Assembly: GCF_009914755.1 (NCBI RefSeq)
Contig: NC_060925.1
Source: the human T2T-CHM13v2.0 reference genome, Homo sapiens
Direction: 5' to 3' (one strand)
DNA: 64,000 bases
This document shows positions 56,940-64,000 of this stretch, piece by piece (positions within the stretch are counted from its first letter, which is position 1; each line of letters opens with the position of its first letter). The position numbers and the translations under genes were made by a program. The notes below the pieces were generated by a model, which was given only the letters and a program-made list of their open reading frames with translations, was not told the DNA's origin and made no database searches.

Positions 56940-57481
56940 CAGTGTTGTCAATTGAGGCAATTTTATTCCCCAGTGGACATGTGGCAGTGTCTGAACACTT
57001 TTCTTTTTATTTTTTTTAATAACAACTAGAAGGCTGGGCGTGGTGGCTCACGGCTGTAATCCCAGCACTTTGGGAGGCTGAGGTGGGCAGATCACAAGGT
57101 CAGGAGTTCGAGACCAGCCTGGCCAACATGGTGAAACCCATCTCTATTAAAATTACAAAAATTAGCAGCGCGTGATGGCGCATGCCTGTAATCTCAGCTA
57201 CTTGGGAGGCTGAGGAAGCAGAATTGCTTGAAACCGGGAGGTGGAGGTTTCAGTGAGCCGAGATCCTGCCACTGCACTCCAGCCTGGGAAAAAGAGTGAA
57301 ACTCTATCTCAAAAAAACAAAACAAAGCAAAACAAAACAAAACAAAATGACTAGGGAAGAGAGTGCTATTGGCATCTGATAGGTAGAGGCCAGGGTTGCT
57401 GGTAAACATCCTACAATGCACAGGACAGCTCCCCAAAACAAAGAATTATCTGTCAATTCGTGCTAAGGTTACAAAATCCTG
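56940..57481. mobile_element. MER20 DNA transposon split by AluS at 57032-57345(+)
   Basis: ggcatctgataggtagaggccagggttgctggtaaacatcctacaatgcacaggacagc is characteristic of MER20. Confidence 0.85.
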
Positions 57482-59079
57482 ATTTCGGCTGGGGTGGTGG
57501 CTCACTCTATTGCACTCCAGCCTTGGTGACAAGAGTGAAATTCTGTCTCAAAAAAAAAAAAAAAAAGAAATCCTGATTTAGATAAACCAACATTTGTCTG
57601 ACTCCTTATGATAAAAATTTCTCCTTCCTCCCCATCCTACAGGAAACAAAAAAAAAGCCCCACAAAACTGTCCACTTAACAATATATTACTTCCTGATCA
57701 CTTTGGGTCAATTTTTCTTCTCTCAAGAAAAAAAAAAAATGGAAGCAAAGCTCCCCACTAACAAAAAATTTGTCCTCCACCTAGCTGGCAGATCAGCTTG
57801 CATCCCCTTCCACAGTGGCACATTAAAAAAAAAAAAAAAAAAGGAGAAACACAGCCAAATAATAAAACAATATCTTCTGTAAGTAAAGAGTACAGCCCTG
57901 TTTACCTGGTCGCCACTGTTTATTCTGAAAGACTACACTAAGCAAATACTGAGCCTGACAGCTAGGCTGGAGGGGAGGGGTCTCTAGGCCACAAAGGTGC
58001 AAAGCCCTCTTTCAGATCCGTCTCCACCATTTCCCTTCAGGATGGTGGGTGCAGGACCACCCCTAGCCATGAGCAACTTGAGTTCCTAGAGGGAGGTGGT
58101 CCTTTTCTTCATGCTTCATGCTTCTTGTTCACTTTCTATTCACCATCAGCTCTTCCCTACCTCCCCGCAAGACTGAGAGCCTGTAGTTCTACAAGGCTGA
58201 CAATCAAGAGTCTATCCACCTATGTGTGGATGTGGATGTGAATTCCAGGCCTCCCCACCACACTCTGACTCTGCTAAGCCCCTGTAGGGAGGCGGAGGTG
58301 AGCCAAAAGCTGACTGGTGGGAAATACCCAGTGTGGCCTGTCTTCCTCTCCAAGGCTCAAATAAACTCAAGTCATCTGCACCAAGGGAGCAAGGGAAAAG
58401 GAACAAGAAAGCTGTGTGGGGTTATTCTGCATCTCACCTGCCCACCACCTGCCCTTCCCTCCTTTTTAGGAATCCACTGCAGCATTGGAGAGAGAGGCCT
58501 AAGAGGGAGCTCACTGTACTCCCAACCCATCCCTCTGCCCAGCTCTTATTATTATGGTCCCATTTCCTAGGGTAGAGCTTCCACATTCAGTGTCTCACAA
58601 GGGGTACTAGTTACCTATCATTTCCATCATGCCCTCCACCCACCACCTAACCAGGGAGATCTGACCAGGCAAGAGAATGTTGTGAGGCCGACCTGATTGT
58701 TGCCCTTCTGAATGTTAGGGCATTCCAACAGAGACCTCTGCCTGGCTCCATCCACAAGTATCAGAATGTCATAAGAAGTGTGTTGTTTGCCAGATAGTTC
58801 ACAGAACAAGTATAAGTTAACAGATAGCGTCTGAAGCAAGGCACCCAGGGAGGCACAGAGGAACGCAGGAGCGCTGAGACATGGTGGATGGTAGGATTCC
58901 AACCTGCCCTCCTTTCCCCTTATTTACCCAGTTTGCGCCATCATCCCACCCTCCAGAGAAAATACGGAGACAGGGAACGTCCCTCGGCAGCAAGAATGAA
59001 AGGTACGGTGGCTCAGCAACCAAGGCTGCTCCTTGTTTCTGCTACTGATGTCCTATTAACTTCTTATCTTCCAGGGTGA

Positions 59080-59600
59080 AGATATTACTGCAAGGCCTTT
59101 TGCCAGGCAGTTTCATGTATGATCCTTACTACAACCCTGAGAAGTAGATGTTACTGACCTGGTTAACAGTCTCAGAAACTGAGACTCAGAGAGATTGTGT
59201 TCCCAAAGACCCAGCTGGTTAGCAGAGAGCCAGAACTCAGACCTAGGTCCCTGACTTTCTGTCTAGAGTTTTTCCCACTGTTTCTCTTTTCATCTATTTT
59301 TGGTCAATTCACTGCTCCCTGATGCTTCTGCTGGAGGCTCTATATTCTGGGAAACAAGCGAAGGCAAGCAAAATGCAGCCAATCAGTGCTGACCTTAGTC
59401 AATAAAAAGGTTGCAGACAGTTGTGGTTGTCAGGCTTTGTTGCTTAACCATCTCTAGACCTCTGTTTCTTTCTCTGTAGATTGGGGACAGTAATATTACC
59501 TGTATCTCATGGGACTGTGGTGAGGATTCAATGATAAAAGGCAGGATAAGTGCTCAAGAGGATGCCTTGAACATAGTAAGCCCTCAATAAAGGGGAGCTG
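59080..59600. mobile_element. Two MIR elements (~59080-59280 and ~59440-59600)
   Basis: Cores gaaactgagactcagagag and acagtaatattacctgtatctcatgggactgtggtgaggatt. Confidence 0.65.
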
Positions 59601-60135
59601 CGGTTACTACTAAGACAGTGTTGGAGAAAGTACAAGAGCCACAGTTTTTCCAGGGTAAGAGGTAGATTATTAAAGGCTGATACTGTATATGTTCTCTTAG
59701 CTCCTCTCTTGAACATAAACATCTGTGGTTTGTCAAAGACATTTTCAGGATCCGGTTTTCTTTTTAGAAAGAGGAAGGAAAAAAAACCCAAGGCCTGAAT
59801 CTATAGGAAGTCCAAATGCACCCAGGATTCTTAAGTCACAAGATAAAAAGTGGAGATGCTTGAAGAGGCATCTGATAGTGGAATTCATGGAAGAGGAAAA
59901 GGTCAGTTCCATCTCTAGTGACTCCAACAGAGGGATGAAACATCCAAGAATGAAGAAAATTATTTCCAGGAATGGCAAATGAGGATGGAACCATAGGATA
60001 TAGTTATTATTGTTAAACCAAACCCAGTGCAATAATTGGTCTGTCTCAATAACATCACTCCGGCCAAGTTGCCGTTTCCAAGAAGGAAAGAATAAGAATT
60101 TAGTCCAGCTGATTCTTCGGCATGATTTAAACCAG

Positions 60136-60323
60136 CAGTGGTTGTCAAACCTTAGTGTGCCTCAGAATCAACTGGAGGGCTTGTTAAATCCAAACTGCGA
60201 AGTCTCATCCCGAGTTTCTCATTTAATGGATTGGGGGTGGGACCCGAGTTTGCATTTTGAACAAGCTACCAGCTGATGCTGAGACTGCTGGTCCATCCAG
60301 GGACCACATTTCGAGAACCACTG
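60136..60323. mobile_element. MER5A DNA transposon
   Basis: Terminal inverted repeats cagtggttgtc...gagaaccactg, ~190 bp, with internal cagaatcaactggagggcttgttaaa. Confidence 0.9.
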
Positions 60324-60374
60324 ATTTAAAGCACTTTTCTATGGGCAATCAAAGAATATCAAATTGCATAATTC

Positions 60375-61110
<736 letters not shown>

Positions 61111-62610
61111 ATTATGGTAAAACAGGAAAAATCAAGAGCAAAAAACCCAAAACAAAGAAACTTCCTGTGCAAGTCTGACTGACATAACAAGAACTAACTT
61201 GGCTTGTCAAGTAGGTAGACACAGGGGGCTCCAGAAGCAGAGGTGCTTATTTCTCACTCTACTCCTTCACCATTGAACACCTTCAGACTGAGAATTGGCC
61301 TTGCCTATGTTTATCTCCAACTAAGTTAGCATTCTGACTCCACAAGAATGTTGTGAAAGCGAAGCCTGGGGAAAGAATGCTATCCTAGTTTTCAGCTAAG
61401 TTTTCTTAATATCATACTCTTCAGAGGGAACAAAATCCAGTTCTCACGACCTTAAATGCTGACACTTGTCCAAAAGGCCTAATGAGGGAGAAGCATGCGT
61501 CATGCACATTAACAGAACTCAGTGATAGAAATTGGGTTGAGACAAGTGAAAATTTTACCAAAGCCAAATGACTAGTTCTATCTCCTTCAGCAAGATAACA
61601 TGACAAGAGGAACTTCAGACTTCTGAGAGTTATCTTATCAATCCAAGAAGCACAAATGATGATCTTAGCAATCTAGAGGAAGAGGGTATTACAAGATAAC
61701 AGGCTCCTGACCAAAATTTCAGTATTTATACAGTCTGTTACTCAACTTACATAAATCAAACTTTTAAAAACGGCCTCTTCACTATGTTGAAATTGGGTCT
61801 TTCTTCCCCAAAGATTGAAGAGAATTTGCGGGGGATGAGGGCGGTGTCTATCTTATAGCTTGTCCCTGGGGTTCAATTGCCAAAATGTTATCAGTCTATG
61901 TAAGGGTCTCATGATAGGGGCCACCCACAAAAAGCATTCTAGTGAGACTTCAGTATTGTGAGAACACAGGATGTCACATTTCATCAGTAAAACAGCCCAG
62001 CTGAGCCCCAGGATTCTGTCCCCAATCATGGCTCCAGTAAGTTTTGTGGCTTCCTTTCTGGTATTGAACTTGAAAGATCAAGGACACAAAAATAGGATGA
62101 TTTCATAGACTGAAAATATGCTATTGACAAGTATTTGTAATAGGTTTCCAGTCCAAAATGAATGTTCTCTCACTTGTAATATATATCCCATAACTAGAAA
62201 TACAGTTTGAAACCATTGGATAAAATTATTTTTTTCCTAGGAGAAGCTAAAGAAGCATTCAAGATCCAATCAATAATTCTGTGTACGTACACTGGGAAAA
62301 AACAAAACAAAACAAAACAAAACTTTTACTAGTGCAGGTGACTTGGAAGTTACTGTCACTCTTCCCTCCCCTCTAAAACCATCCTATACTGTGAGCTGGT
62401 TAAAGTTTACCTTTCTGCAAGAGTAAGTGTTCTTACTAATAAATAACTCATTTATACTTCAGAGACAAAGCTAAAAGGATTTCAGTTCTGCAGGAATGAG
62501 GTTTTCAGCCCCCATAAACCTTGCCTGGAGGTACATCGCTGCTTTTGTTTGAGGCTAGTTGGTCTACAGTGCCAATAGCAACATATGTGCATAGACAGCC
62601 TGTGTTCTAG

Positions 62611-62992
<382 letters not shown>

Positions 62993-64000
62993 TAATCCTC
63001 ATTATATAAAAAGAAGAAACGAGCATAGAGTGGGAGGTAGGCGGATAAGCTGACTTGCCCAAGATCACCCTGTCGATTGATCTGACTTCATCTGCAACCA
63101 GCCACATAGCTTCTCCAAAGCAGGTCGCCAGACAAGGAAAAGTGATTGGGGGTTCAAATAAAACAAATGACTACTCATGCTATAGTTAGCACGATGTGCT
63201 GTTCTGAACTCTGCTGTGGAACACCTGTTGCACTTTTTATACTATTCACATACATTACCTGGAATACTCCAGTTTTCAACATTGTCTGCTTCAGTCCCTT
63301 AAACCATAGAAGTATCCAGACATGCCAATATCATGAGAACCAAACTATACCTTAAACTGTTTTTCCTGTTGAGGAATATGAAAGAACTCTTCATTGTAGC
63401 ACAGATCCCAATTTTTGGTGGAATATAGTCACCACAATTTTCATTGTCAATAAATATTGCTGGCTAATTCAGAGGTGACCTGTGGAAGCAACACGTGCTC
63501 TAAGAACTCCTGTTTCCACTGTCTGGTATTATTAGTGTGTCCTTACTTAGACTTAGCTCTCCCAGAGAGAGAGCCATCTCCTTCTCTCATTGCACAGTGA
63601 CTGTGCAATGGTGTTGACTTCTAGAGAAGAGTAGCCCAAGAGCTAAATATTAGAGGTCTTATTGCTTCCCTTAAGTGCATGGCAAGAGAAAGGAAAGCAA
63701 GGTGAGAAAAGGACTGACTTGCTTTGCCAATGGCCCAGGACTGGTGATTTTATAAGGTTTAGCACAAAAACCACTCTTTTGAACTAGATACTGTGTATAT
63801 CCTGTGTACTTCAAGTCACACCAGCATTCCCTACAACAGAGCTTAGGAATGCTATTTATCTTGTACTCAGGCCAACTGTGTGGCTCTCTACCGAACAGCT
63901 GGTTCCCCATCCACCTCTAGGACTATCTAGTTGATGTATAAACAATATTTTTGCCTCAAAAACGCTAACCCCATGGAAACTAACTGTTCATCCACACACA

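Overview
This is eukaryotic, Alu-rich primate DNA, almost certainly human chr1q32.1. It holds the complete SLC45A3 (prostein/P501S) gene on the minus strand. I rebuilt five exons from GT-AG boundaries: non-coding exon 1 (~35042-35150, in a CpG island), exon 2 (19120-19521, ATG at 19291), exon 3 (17468-18253), exon 4 (16496-16761) and exon 5 (~12487-14306, TAG at 13869). The coding parts total 172+786+266+438 = 1662 nt, or 553 aa, an MFS sugar/H+ symporter-like protein. From prior knowledge of the locus, ELK4 lies just left of the window and the NUCKS1 3' end just right of it; no exon of either is visible. The rest is about 55 Alus plus L1M, L2, MIR, MaLR/ERV1 solo LTRs, MER DNA transposons and simple repeats. 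I see no second protein-coding gene, RNA gene or wholly new system. The best leads are: three uORFs in exon 2; a ~190-bp mosaic templated duplication; two inverted AluYs sharing private mutations; a perfect 18-bp template-switch hairpin; a GATA-dense VNTR traceable to an L1 motif; a weak PAS with a CTCF-like site in the read-through zone; and candidate FOXA1/AR/HOXB13 modules. Repeat subfamily names and motif calls are by eye and need RepeatMasker or PWM confirmation.
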